64,000 nt of DNA from a cyanobacterium endosymbiont of Rhopalodia gibba (lineage in GTDB: Bacteria; Cyanobacteriota; Cyanobacteriia; Cyanobacteriales; Microcystaceae), in contig CP067995.1 of the NCBI GenBank assembly GCA_045159875.1, forward strand, positions 2,688,001-2,752,000. The letters are read 5' to 3'. The first letter of the stretch is position 1, and each line of letters starts with the position of its first letter. The notes under the pieces were generated by a model. The model was not told the DNA's origin. It saw only the letters and a program-made list of their open reading frames with translations, and ran no database searches. Below, piece after piece: positions 48,671-59,533 of this stretch. A program made the translations under genes and the position numbers.

Positions 48671-49153
48671 CTAACTAATAGAACATCCCCCAAATTTTTC
48701 TCGTAAAAGTTCATCATTATCGTTAGCAATAGTAGCCGATAAAGTAATAGCACGGGAAACCTCTTTTGGGGATAAACCAGCCACAGCTCGTTGGGCTAAG
48801 ACAACAATTTTATCGTTCATTATTCCAAATCTAGTTTCTAAGGTTTCTTCCCAATTCATAATTAATAGTTTTCGCATCAACCCCTGTTCATCTTCAGCAG
48901 GTAGTTGCAATACTGCTGCCCAAACTGTTAGTAAATCATCATCTGTCTCCCCAGTAAGCTGGACATATACTTCTACACTTCCATATTGAAACTTCCAAAG
49001 ATAACCTTGAGCATCAAGATAAACCATCGCACTCTCATTTTCTGCTAGGGTACTAATTACCGTTTCGATAACTTCACGATGGGTGCTAGTGATACTAACA
49101 AAATCGTCAGGAAGAGTTCTTTCTGTGTTGTTTTCAGAAGTTAAATTTATCAT
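48671..49153 (-). CDS. YbjN domain-containing protein
   Basis: WKFQYGSVEVYVQLTG and LSPKEVSRAIT motifs. Confidence 0.85.
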   Translation of the reverse strand: MINLTSENNTERTLPDDFVSITSTHREVIETVISTLAENESAMVYLDAQGYLWKFQYGSVEVYVQLTGETDDDLLTVWAAVLQLPAEDEQGLMRKLLIMNWEETLETRFGIMNDKIVVLAQRAVAGLSPKEVSRAITLSATIANDNDELLREKFGGCSIS

Positions 49154-49309
49154 AGTCCTCACTCTAATTACTTTGACACTGATGGCTTTGAGATCGTCTT
49201 AATTGTATTATCTAATTCAAGATCACTAACAAGACAACATTTGATAAAAATTTCCTTTAATAAATTAACTTCTCAGGAAAAATAGCCTAAATTTAATATT
49301 TATTATAGC

Positions 49310-49900
49310 TATCAATCAGAAGAGGACACGTGATCGCGGATTTTCAAGACGGCGTTGCGATTGTTTGCTGTCAGGGACTATGTTGACGCAACCACTAAAG
49401 ATTTAGTTCATCAAATCAACGTGGCTGAAGATAACCTATTTCGTTATTTTGCTCATCACTCATCAGAAGGTAATTGTGTTTGAGATCATTACGTCTGAAC
49501 AAATAGAGATTTTAATGAATTTATTAGTTTAATTCAGTTAAAGAAACAATTGTAGACCCTTAACCTAAATAACACCCTAAAATATTAGTAGTGCTACTAG
49601 TTTAAGACCTCCTTCAGATCTGTTAGGTCAAAGTATAATATTATCAAAAGTTACTCGATCACATTTAATCGGAAGTAATTAGCAAAATTACAGACGTGAC
49701 GAAAGTTTTTTTGGAGACAGTGATGAAAAGGAGAATCTATAGTCTAATAAAACCTTAATAATCGAAAATATTCCGACGGAATATTTTCGATTATTAAGGT
49801 TTTATTAGACTATAATTTTATCGATCTCCAATGTATTATAAAGAATTGCTGAATTAATTTCTGATATTTTTCTTCATGAGGTTCTAGTTAAAGGGGTAGA
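49310..49900 (+). pseudogene. TetR/AcrR family regulator pseudogene
   Basis: EEDT*SRIFKTALRLFA...TTKDLVHQINVAEDNLFRYF HTH; C-terminal TDVTKVFLETVMKRRIY and SDIFLHEVLVKG. Confidence 0.8.
49738..49814. repeat. Perfect inverted repeat, 38-bp arms, 1-nt loop, inside the TetR pseudogene
   Basis: TATAGTCTAATAAAACCTTAATAATCGAAAATATTCCG-A-CGGAATATTTTCGATTATTAAGGTTTTATTAGACTATA. Confidence 0.95.
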
Positions 49901-49978
49901 ATGAGGAAGGTAGAGAATCGAGAGAAGTTGTTTAAGAAAATCGGACTAATCGGACTGTATGCAGTGGGTTAATCATCA

Positions 49979-50694
49979 ATGACTAAAGATCAATCACAAC
50001 AAATTGCTTTCTTAGGACTGGGTTTAATGGAATCTTCTATGAGCGCTAATTTAGCTCGTAAAGGAATTTACTGTTGAGGGTTAAAATCATACCCTTAATC
50101 GCCCTAGTGTTAGAATAGTAAAAAAAGCAGGGGAACGATAGTCTCGTTAATGAAGAAAGCAATAGAATCAGCTGATTTTAGCTTTACTTGTGTTGGGTCC
50201 GTTCCCCGTGTGGAAGAAGTGATTTTAGAAGAAAAAAGAGTTATCAACCATAATAAGCCTGAGGTATTAGTGGTAAATTTTAGTACCATTTGCACTGATG
50301 CCGCTCGTTATTTAGGAACTCAATTGAGACACCAAAATTTTCGCTTTTTAGATGCACCTATTTTGTGGGATATCTTGGGGATCAATAGCGATTAAAATGA
50401 CAGAAAAGCAAGGAATTGATCCTACTCTGATTCATAGAGATTTGTAGTACAGGGGCGGCAAGTTCTTGGGCATTAAGCAATTTGGGAGTAAAGATTGTCG
50501 AGAGTGACTATAATCCAGGATTCGCTATCAAATATCTTTTGAAAAATTTACGATTAGTTAAAGAAACGATAGAGAAATCAGAAGAGAGTTTAGCCGGAAT
50601 AGACTTAGCATAACAGCTTTTTAAGCTGGTTTCTAAAATGGATAATAGAGGAGAATTAGGACAAGGAACTCAGGTGATGATTTGTTATTTTTAA
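49979..50694 (+). pseudogene. Beta-hydroxyacid (3-hydroxyisobutyrate-type) dehydrogenase pseudogene
   Basis: IAFLGLGLM, FLDAPI, GAASSWAL and YNPGFAIK motifs; frameshifts, stops and an apparent internal deletion after LDAPI. Confidence 0.85.
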
Positions 50695-50888
50695 TACAAA
50701 CATTAGCTCATAGTTAACATTGTTTAAAAGAGCAATTATTAAATAATTTAAACCTAAGTTCCTAGATTTGAATTAGAATTTAAATAGAACAAAAATACTC
50801 AGATAAGTATAAAATTGGTACTCTACAGGTTCTATTCGAATTAGTTGATTAACATTGTAGATTAAGAGTTTTAAGATTTATCTCCATA

Positions 50889-50936
50889 TATCCATATATA
50901 GGGTAAAAAACCTAGCACTTACACCATATATGTGGT
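50889..50936 (+). promoter_or_regulatory. Tandem NrdR boxes overlapping a putative extended -10
   Basis: TATCCATATATAGGGT (50889) and ACACCATATATGTGGT (50921), 32 bp apart, upstream of nrdA; TGGTATAAA overlaps box 2. Confidence 0.75.
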
Positions 50937-51050
50937 ATAAACAAAACTATATCCTCAATTATTGACATAAAATCAAGTACAAAAAATAGTACAAGATTGT
51001 CAATTCTATTGCTTCAGTTTACGTTCGTTTTTAAATAGTTCAAACCAACG

Positions 51051-53363
51051 ATGCAGCCAACTGTCTTAACCTGTTCTGAGCCCTCTCAAGTAACTCACCA
51101 TCAATCTTCTTCAACTCGAGAAAACCCAGTTAATTTGGGAACTAGTAAAATCCAAGTTATTCGCCGCGATAAATCTTGGACTTCTATGAATATTGGTAAA
51201 ATTCGGGAGGTGGTAAATTGGGCTTGTCAAGGTCATAACGTCAATCCCATCGCCTTGGAAGCTGGACTAAAAACTCGCTTACGCCACGGAATTACTACCA
51301 GAGAAATTCAAGATAATTTGATCAACTGCGCTCTAGAAATGTGTAGTCCCGATGAACCAGGCTGGCGTTATGTAGCAGGAAGACTTCATATTTGGAGCTT
51401 ATGGAAAGATACTCTCGTCAGTCGAGGCTACCAATATGGCGACTACGATAAAACCGTTAGGAGGAAAGTAGAATCTAAGGCTTATGATCCGAGAATACTT
51501 GCTTATTGTAGCGAAGAATTAAAGGAAGCTGGCAGTTGGATTAATCCTGATTGGGATACAGATTATGATTATGCCGGGGCGGTACTTCTGACAGGACGTT
51601 ATCTGTTACCCGATGAACTTCCCCAAGAAGCTTTGTTGACTTGTTCATTATTGTTGGCGACAGTAGAAAGTCCTGAAAATAGATTGATTTGGGCGCGACG
51701 GTTTTATGAAGCGATCGCCACCCGTACAATTTCTTTGGCTACCCCGATCCTAGCTAATCTTAGGACTCCTGAGGGATCGTTAACGAGTTGTTTTATTATA
51801 TCTATTGATGATAATTTAGAGAGTATTTTTAAAGAAATAACTAACACGGCTAGAATTTCGAAGAATGGAGGTGGGGTTGGGATAAATGTCAGTCGAATTC
51901 GGGCTACTGGAAGTTGGGTAATGAAAAAGTCCAATGCTTCTGGAGGGATTATTCCCTGGATTAAATTACTTAACGATACTGCGATCGCCGTCAACCAAGG
52001 GGGTAGACGGGCGGGAGCTGTCACCGTTGGAGTGGATGTTTGGCACTTGGACGTTCCCGAATTTTTGGAAATGCAGACGGAAAATGGAGATCAAAGACGT
52101 AAAGCTTATGATGTCTTTCCTCAGCTGATTTTGACTGACGAATTTATGCGTCGGGTAATGAGTAAACGCGAATGGACATTGGTAGATCCCTACGAGGTTA
52201 GGCTTAAGTTGGGTATAGAGTTAGCTGACTTGTGGGGAGAAAAATTTGAGGAAGCTTATCAAGTAATTGAGCAAAAATTAGGCAAGGAAATAACTCTTTA
52301 TAAGCGGATTCAAGCCCGTGACTTATTCAAGACAATTATGCGATCACAGGTAGAAACGGGAATGCCCTATTTAGCCTTTAAAGATACCATTAACCGTGCT
52401 AACCCAAATAAGCATCAAGGGTATATTCCTGGAGTCAATCTATGCACTGAATCCTTTAGTAATGTTTCCTCTGGCAAAGAGGCGCATTCTTGTAATCTTG
52501 TCTCCCTAAATTTAGCCAATCTTGATACCGAGGAGCTAAAGTATATTTGTGCTGTTGCTGTTAGAATTTTAGACAATACCATTGATATTACGAATAGTCC
52601 TTTTGATAATGCAAAAGTACACAACGATAAATATCGTACTATTGGAATCGGCTGTATGGGTTTAGCAGACTGGTTAGCAAAGAAACATCTGTCTTATGAT
52701 AGGTTGACGGAAATTAATCAGTTGTTTGAAGAATTTAGTTACTGGTGTACTCATGCTTCTATGGAGTTAGCCAAAGAAAGACAGCCATATCAGGCTTTTG
52801 TAGGAAGTGAATGGCATCAGGGTAAGTTGATTGGGGCAAAACCAGTAGAATGGTTCTTAGAAAATGCCACCTATAAAGAGCGTTGGAAACAGTTATCGGA
52901 AGACATTCAAACCTACGGAATTCGTAACTCACATATTACTGCAATTGCCCCTAATACCTCCTCTTCTTTAGTTCAAGGATGTACGGCTAGTATTCTTCCC
53001 GTTTATAGTCGTTTCTTTTATGATAAATGGGCAAAAGGAACCGTTCCTATTGCCCCACCGTTTATTGAACAATCTTTTTGGTTTTACCCTGAGAATAAGA
53101 CATTAGATCAACAAAAAGTAGTGAGAGCTGTAGGGCAAATACAGCAGTGGATTGATACAGGTATTTCTATGGAATTATTGTTTAATTTGAATCAAGGTGT
53201 TTATTTTCCCCATGAACCAGAACGCTCTATTAATGCTAAGGATATCTTTGATATTTTAGTATTAGCTTGGCAGGAAGGTTGTAAAGCAGTTTATTACGTT
53301 AGAACTGTTCAAAAAGATGATTTTAAAGAGTCTGATAGTGGTTGTTTCACTTGTGCAAATTGA
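51051..53363 (+). CDS. nrdA: Class I ribonucleotide reductase alpha subunit with ATP cone
   Basis: VIRRD ATP-cone start, ATP..N, TSCF, QGGRRAGA, NLCTE, APN, YY and C-terminal CFTC. Confidence 0.95.
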   Translation: MQPTVLTCSEPSQVTHHQSSSTRENPVNLGTSKIQVIRRDKSWTSMNIGKIREVVNWACQGHNVNPIALEAGLKTRLRHGITTREIQDNLINCALEMCSPDEPGWRYVAGRLHIWSLWKDTLVSRGYQYGDYDKTVRRKVESKAYDPRILAYCSEELKEAGSWINPDWDTDYDYAGAVLLTGRYLLPDELPQEALLTCSLLLATVESPENRLIWARRFYEAIATRTISLATPILANLRTPEGSLTSCFIISIDDNLESIFKEITNTARISKNGGGVGINVSRIRATGSWVMKKSNASGGIIPWIKLLNDTAIAVNQGGRRAGAVTVGVDVWHLDVPEFLEMQTENGDQRRKAYDVFPQLILTDEFMRRVMSKREWTLVDPYEVRLKLGIELADLWGEKFEEAYQVIEQKLGKEITLYKRIQARDLFKTIMRSQVETGMPYLAFKDTINRANPNKHQGYIPGVNLCTESFSNVSSGKEAHSCNLVSLNLANLDTEELKYICAVAVRILDNTIDITNSPFDNAKVHNDKYRTIGIGCMGLADWLAKKHLSYDRLTEINQLFEEFSYWCTHASMELAKERQPYQAFVGSEWHQGKLIGAKPVEWFLENATYKERWKQLSEDIQTYGIRNSHITAIAPNTSSSLVQGCTASILPVYSRFFYDKWAKGTVPIAPPFIEQSFWFYPENKTLDQQKVVRAVGQIQQWIDTGISMELLFNLNQGVYFPHEPERSINAKDIFDILVLAWQEGCKAVYYVRTVQKDDFKESDSGCFTCAN

Positions 53364-53717
53364 TTAATCTTAATCGGGACAAAAGATTGCGTTCTTTTAT
53401 GTATTTAGGAGAAGATTGTAAATTTTAGTTTAAATAATAAGGATCCTTGTCTTTTGTTAGAAAATCATAACATGGTTTGATATTCTCAATTTAATTTAAT
53501 AAATACAAAAAAGTTTTTAAAAGTACTTAAAAGTTACTTAAAAATATATTTTTATATTTATTAATATATAAATTCGGAAACTGTTGAACTATTTGATAGT
53601 TAACTTTAACAAAGAAAAAGCGTATCTTGAGATAGATTTATCTTTAAAAGATTTTCTTATATAATTTCAGGTTTCTCCTAAAACAAGTGATAAATATAGA
53701 CTATCAACCTGAATAAA

Positions 53718-53758
53718 ATTGTTATATATTTAATCAAAAAGATTAAATATATAACAAT
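53718..53758. repeat. Perfect inverted repeat, 18-bp arms, 5-nt loop
   Basis: ATTGTTATATATTTAATC-AAAAA-GATTAAATATATAACAAT. Confidence 0.85.
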
Positions 53759-54124
53759 CATTAAGAATGATAAATGTAAAAGACATAATAACAGTTAGAA
53801 AATACTTTTCTAACATCGTAGATATATTTTTAAATCCTTCCTAAAAGTGCGATAGAAAGATTTATAAAAATATAAAATGTCTTTTAAGACCTTACTAATA
53901 AAATAGAATCATCTCATTATACTGTCAGTAATTTTTTTTTAGATTAATCTAATTCTTTATTTAAGATACCTATCTACTTTTAATTCAATTGACATATAGA
54001 TGAATAAAACTGTAAAAACAAAATAGAAGTTAGATTCTAGAGATTAAATTGACTAATTTTTATGTATTATTAGAATAATAAAAGCTTAGTTGTACATTAA
54101 ATTGGATACAAACTCAATTACACT

Positions 54125-55192
54125 ATGGTAGTCAATAATACTAAATTGCCTAAAAAAATGCCCATTAACCCCATTTTTAATCCGGAGGGGGATGATGCTA
54201 TAGAAAACCGTTCTATTTGGTTTGGTAACACAACAAATCTAATGCAGCTTAATGATGTTAGGTTTCCGTGGACGGTAAGTTTATATCAACAAATGAGGGA
54301 GAACTTTTGGATTCCCCAACGGATAGATATTACCCAAGATGTGACAGATTACACTAATTTAACTAACGATGAACGGTATGCCTATGAAGGAATTTTAGCT
54401 TATCTTACCTTTTTAGATTCGATTCAAACCTGCAATATTCCACATCTCAAAAGTAGCGTAACAGCACCAGAAGTTAGCCTCTGTATGGCAGAACAAATTT
54501 CTCAAGAAGGAATGCACAATCAAAGTTATCAATACATCATTGAAACGATTATTCCTCCAGAAAGACGCAATCATGTCTATGAGTTTTGGCGCACTGATAA
54601 AGTCTTAAAAGAACGCTGTGAGTTCATTGCAAGTTTATACCAAAAATACATTGATGATCCAACGTCTGAAAATTATTTTGTGGCGTTAATGGCAGATTTT
54701 TTATTAGAAGGATTGTATTTTTACAATGGCTTCATCTACTTCTACAATCTAGCGTCAAGGATGTTAATGCCAGGATCAGCTGATATTTTTAAAATGATTA
54801 ACCGAGACGAATTAAGTCATGTTCGTTTGTATCAGAAATTAATTCCAGAAGCGAGAAAAGTATTTACTCATTCTGTCGATCAAATTTATGATATGTTTGC
54901 TCGAGCTGTCGAACATGAATGCCGTTGGACTAATCATATTATTGGGAATAATATTTTGGGAATTACTGAGTCTAGTACCGAACAATATACAAAATATTTA
55001 GCTAATATTCGGTTACGTTCAATTGGGTTAGATCCTCTTTATTCAGAGGTTAAATACAACAAGAGTCCCTACACTCATTTAGAGCGGTTTTCTGATACTA
55101 AAAAAGAAGCGCATACTAAAGCAAATTTCTTTGAATCAACAGTTACTAGTTATGTTATGTCTTCAGGGGTAACTGGATGGGATGAAATCTAA
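54125..55192 (+). CDS. nrdB: Class I ribonucleotide reductase beta subunit
   Basis: FLDS, QEGMH..SY, LLEG..FY and RDELSH dimetal/tyrosyl motifs; NFFE...Y tail. Confidence 0.93.
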   Translation: MVVNNTKLPKKMPINPIFNPEGDDAIENRSIWFGNTTNLMQLNDVRFPWTVSLYQQMRENFWIPQRIDITQDVTDYTNLTNDERYAYEGILAYLTFLDSIQTCNIPHLKSSVTAPEVSLCMAEQISQEGMHNQSYQYIIETIIPPERRNHVYEFWRTDKVLKERCEFIASLYQKYIDDPTSENYFVALMADFLLEGLYFYNGFIYFYNLASRMLMPGSADIFKMINRDELSHVRLYQKLIPEARKVFTHSVDQIYDMFARAVEHECRWTNHIIGNNILGITESSTEQYTKYLANIRLRSIGLDPLYSEVKYNKSPYTHLERFSDTKKEAHTKANFFESTVTSYVMSSGVTGWDEI

Positions 55193-55193
55193 C

Positions 55194-55233
55194 AGGCTGT
55201 CCTGAGCAACTTGGCAGTTGTTCAGGACAGCCT
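55194..55233. terminator. Hairpin between convergent nrdB and the methyltransferase gene
   Basis: AGGCTGTCCTGAGCAACT-TGGC-AGTTGTTCAGGACAGCCT, 18 bp with one G:U pair. Confidence 0.7.
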
Positions 55234-55352
55234 AAACTATTATTTTAAGGAAATAAAAAATAATAAAATATCTTAGCCCTTTTGATAACTGCCATAACTA
55301 GAGTTTTGAACTTACTTTTCTGTTTCAATATTTTGACTGTTTGTAAATTAAA

Positions 55353-56483
55353 TTAATATAATTCATATTTAAGTAATGTACAGGGAAGAGAACCATTGTA
55401 AATAGGAATACGACGAGAAGTTCTTAATCCTATTTGTTTACTTAATTCTTTATTTGCTGTTAGAATATAGGCATTCCAGCCTTTAAAACGTTGCTTCAAG
55501 ATATCACCTAATAACTTATATAATGTCGCTAATTGTTGGTAACTACCAATACGCTTACCATAAGGAGGATTGCAAATAATAATACCCTTATCGGTTGGGG
55601 CTTCAATTTGTTCTAATTGAACTTGATTTAATTTAATGTTTTTATCAAGACCACAAGCGGTTATGTTAGTGGACGCTTGTTTGATGACATCCAAATCTTG
55701 ATCGCTTCCAAAAATAGGAGTTTTTAGCCTGGAAAGTTGTTTATTTTTGGCTTCTTCAACTATTTTAGAGTAAATAGTTGAATCAAAGTCAAGCCAATTC
55801 TGAAAACTAAATTTATTTCGATATAGGCCTGGGGCAATATTTAGCCCTTTTAAGGCGGCTTCAATAGGTAAAACTCCTGAACCACACATGGGATCTAAAA
55901 AAGGAATATTCCCATCCCAATTAGCTATATCTAATAAAGCAGCTGCTAGGGTTTCTTTTAAAGGTGCTAATCCCATAGCTAAACGATATCCTCGTCGATG
56001 TAAACTTCTGCCTGAACTATCTAGACTTAGAATGCAATAATTATTATTAATATGAGCATTGATAATGATATCAGGACTTTTAACGTCAATATTAGAACGA
56101 GTGTTAAACCGTTCTTTTTGTTGATCAACAATAGCATTTTTAATTTTTAACGCTGTAAAATGGGTATGATTTAAATCTCGATTACTTCCAGTACAATTAA
56201 CAAGAAATGTTTGATGGGTTTGTAAATACTTAGACCAATCTATCTTATAAACATTTTTATACAACTGAGTTGCATTACAACTTTTAATTTCTTCAATGGG
56301 AACTAAAATTCGAAAAATAATCCTTGACCACAAATTTACTCGATAAAATAATTCTTTATTTCCGTAAAAATGAACTCCTGCAAAATCAGGTTTAACTTCT
56401 GTTGCTCCTAATGATTCTAACTCTTTAGCCGCAATTTCTTCTAATCCCCTCGCAACAGTAGCAAAATAAGTCTTGTTCGTCAT
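55353..56483 (-). CDS. THUMP-domain rRNA methyltransferase (RlmL-like)
   Basis: SLHRRGYR, APLKETLAAA, DPMCGSG and NPPYG motifs. Confidence 0.92.
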   Translation of the reverse strand: MTNKTYFATVARGLEEIAAKELESLGATEVKPDFAGVHFYGNKELFYRVNLWSRIIFRILVPIEEIKSCNATQLYKNVYKIDWSKYLQTHQTFLVNCTGSNRDLNHTHFTALKIKNAIVDQQKERFNTRSNIDVKSPDIIINAHINNNYCILSLDSSGRSLHRRGYRLAMGLAPLKETLAAALLDIANWDGNIPFLDPMCGSGVLPIEAALKGLNIAPGLYRNKFSFQNWLDFDSTIYSKIVEEAKNKQLSRLKTPIFGSDQDLDVIKQASTNITACGLDKNIKLNQVQLEQIEAPTDKGIIICNPPYGKRIGSYQQLATLYKLLGDILKQRFKGWNAYILTANKELSKQIGLRTSRRIPIYNGSLPCTLLKYELY

Positions 56484-56543
56484 AATTATATATTAACTAG
56501 GAAAATTATTGGCATATTTTCCAGATTCTACCATTATGTCCTA

Positions 56544-56604
56544 ATCAAGTGAGGTGATCAACAAAAAATAAAAAATATATTTTTTGTTGATCACCTCACT
56601 TGAT
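56544..56604. repeat. Perfect inverted repeat, 27-bp arms, 7-nt loop
   Basis: ATCAAGTGAGGTGATCAACAAAAAATA-AAAAATA-TATTTTTTGTTGATCACCTCACTTGAT. Confidence 0.95.
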
Positions 56605-57183
56605 GGAAATCTTAATCTGATTAAATCTAGAGAATTAATGGTTATTTAAGAAATAAAATGGAGGTTATAATCAAATTTATAGATTTTTTTAAAAAATTGC
56701 CGAAAAAGATTTTGAGATCAAATATCTAATAATTCATGATTTAATACAAAATTTATATGAATAACACGAGTTTTAAATACAACAGACTTATCTGAAAAAA
56801 TGTAAATCTAACTCTAAATTTTACAAAACTACTGTAACAGTTTTTGAAATCGTTATAAGTTTTTAGTCTTCTAGTTAAACAGAGTTTATGAAATAATATG
56901 GAAAGGCTATTTTAGAATAGCTTTTTTCTGAATTTCTTGAAGACGAAAATATTGATGGTTTTGTTAATATTTATTGAAGCGACTATCTACAATATTATTG
57001 ACTATGTATTGGTTGTTTAAAATTGAACGTAAGATTGTAGACTAGGAGATCTCTGATCGCTATCTATGTATCCTATCATAGATACTAAAGTAAATTAAAA
57101 TAATAGAACAATTTTTAAAAAAAATATTTTAAATAATGATATAGAGTATAAACTTCCTGCAATTATTTATCCCTATCGAGAAA

Positions 57184-57225
57184 ATATTTTAAATTAATTA
57201 ATAATTATTAATTAATTTAAAATAT
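57184..57225. repeat. Perfect 42-bp AT-only palindrome
   Basis: ATATTTTAAATTAATTAATAA|TTATTAATTAATTTAAAATAT. Confidence 0.8.
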
Positions 57226-58618
57226 CTAATTGCAAACTTAAGTTTTAAAAAATAACAAGAGATTATTGATCTATTAATATTTTTATTTACCTCTTATTTT
57301 TGTTAGAGAATATTCAAGATTTTTACTTTAAGAAAGTATCTCTTTTTGTCAAAAAATATTAGTTATATATTTTATTAAATTTTTTATTTATTAAAAGCAA
57401 TAATTTTTGCCGATATTTGTTGTTGGCAATATTTGTCTTAATTTACTGATTAAAATATTGAATTTCTTGTATAAAAAAATTGTATTTTCTATATAAAATT
57501 TCATAAAAAATTTTAATAACTAAATTGTTAAACAACCGTATTAATTAAATTTAACTACTATTATTGAAGTAATATATAAGAAAATTTTTCTAATTAATAG
57601 AATAAAAATTATTTTAGTCAATAATTAAGTAATCATAGGATAGTTTTATACAGCTATCTTTATTTCAATACTAGTTAGTTGGTATAAATATAAAAATACA
57701 AAAAATTGATACTTAATTGACTATAAAAAAATCAATAAATTCAAAATAATAAAAATAGCAAAAATAAAAAAAAGAGAACATTAGATATTAGCTAAATAAA
57801 AATTTAGTTTATCTAATCTTAATGGAGCTTATTTTTATAATTAACTTACAACTTAATAATTGTCTACTAAAGGCAAAAAAAATTTCAAGCTTTTAAAGAC
57901 TGTATATTGAGTATAATTTTCTCTTTTTATATTGTTGATAGTTTTTTAAAAAAATATCAACTTATAACAGCCAATAATTATCCATTAGATAAAAAGAAAA
58001 GGTTTAATTGAAATTAACTCTCATAAAAGTTTGTGATTTTTTGAAAAAGAGCTGGAGATAAAAAATCTTAAAAATAAGCACATGAATTATTGATATCCCA
58101 AAGGTAAATATCCTCAAAAGACTAGAAACGCTGTAAAGAAAAAGAGATAGACACAGTAATTGTTATTGCTCATGACTCAATGTGCACAAGTGGCTTAGTT
58201 AAAACTAAACTTAATAAACAATAAAACAATGAATAAAGCTACATTTTTTACTAACTCATAGAAAGATTTTTAAAATACTTCTAATTAAATAAGGTAGTTC
58301 AATAAAATTTTGCTCAAAAGAGTTACTTTAATAGGTAGGAATAAATAATTTATATTTTTAGCGTTTATTTAAAGCTGGTTACTGAGTCAATAGCTAATAG
58401 TTATTTGATATTTTTCTCAAACAGGTTATATAACATGGAACAAAAAATTATATGTTCTGTATATTCCTACACTTCCTTGTCAAGAAAAAAATGCTAGGAT
58501 ACCAACGGTTTATTTAATGAAACTAAGAGAGTTAAAGATAAGAAAAAAACTATTTTCAAACAAAATGGACGTATAAAAAACTAAAATTCTACTTATTTCT
58601 CTTGAAATTGAAGTTTTT

Positions 58619-59227
58619 GTGAATTTATGTCAATTTTATAGCAGGGTTTCCTCCCATTCCCAAAAGCCAAATCATATTGACCGGGGAAGACTCCCAGTGA
58701 TAGTACGAATGGCTCAAATGAGTGATATTAAGGGGCTAACCGAGGTTCTGATCGGGAGTTTTCATCCCCCTAAACAATGGTTTACCTGGCTACAACCTTT
58801 ATTTAGGTTAGAAATCTATGAAGATTTACGCACCCGTTTTCGAGCACATTCTCCTTATTATTGTTGTTTAGTAGCTATGGTTTCCAGTGGAACGTCCAAT
58901 GATTCTCAAGAATCGGTTATTGGTACAGTAGAAATCACTCTGGGTTCTAGGTTGCATGCTCAATCTTTGTATATTAGTAATTTAGCCGTTAGCCATTCCT
59001 ATCGAAGACAGGGAGTAGCTAAACATTTACTCCAGAAATGTGAGCAAGTTGCCTTAGAATGGGGACATCGCTCCCTTACTTTGCACGTCTTAGAAGATAA
59101 TTACCCAGCCAAACGACTTTATCTTAATAATGGTTATCAAGTCCAAGGGACTGAGTGGACTTGGCAAAGTTGGTTATGTAGAACTCCCCGACGATTATTC
59201 TTAAAAAAGATATTGAAGTATCTATAA
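58619..59227 (+). CDS. GNAT family N-acetyltransferase
   Basis: YISNLAVSHSYRRQGVA, LHVLEDN and LY...GY motifs. Confidence 0.92.
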   Translation: MNLCQFYSRVSSHSQKPNHIDRGRLPVIVRMAQMSDIKGLTEVLIGSFHPPKQWFTWLQPLFRLEIYEDLRTRFRAHSPYYCCLVAMVSSGTSNDSQESVIGTVEITLGSRLHAQSLYISNLAVSHSYRRQGVAKHLLQKCEQVALEWGHRSLTLHVLEDNYPAKRLYLNNGYQVQGTEWTWQSWLCRTPRRLFLKKILKYL

Positions 59228-59533
59228 CATTTTACAGGACAAAATTAAAGGCTATTAGGTTCGACTAACCTAGATAAGGTGAGCTAAACAAATTCGTGCT
59301 GCTATTTCTCAATAAGGCGTTAAATCTATTCTTAACCAGAAATGTTCTCCACACTGACTATCTTAAACTAAACTACAAAATAGTTGACTAAGATAGGTAA
59401 AAAACAATTTTTAATATTTTGAGATAGTTCGAAAAAATTTTGATATAGAATTAGAGAACTGATGGGCTTGATCCTATTTAAGATAATTTCGTTACCTAAG
59501 TTCGACATAAGGCAGTTAACTTTTTTCATACCT

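Noticed and set aside
50150..50395. 81-aa ORF as an independent gene
   Set aside because: Internal fragment of the dehydrogenase pseudogene.
54125..55192. Possible metal-free (class Ie) or Tyr-less (class Ic) RNR beta subunit
   Set aside because: All canonical carboxylate/His ligands and the radical Tyr motif are present.
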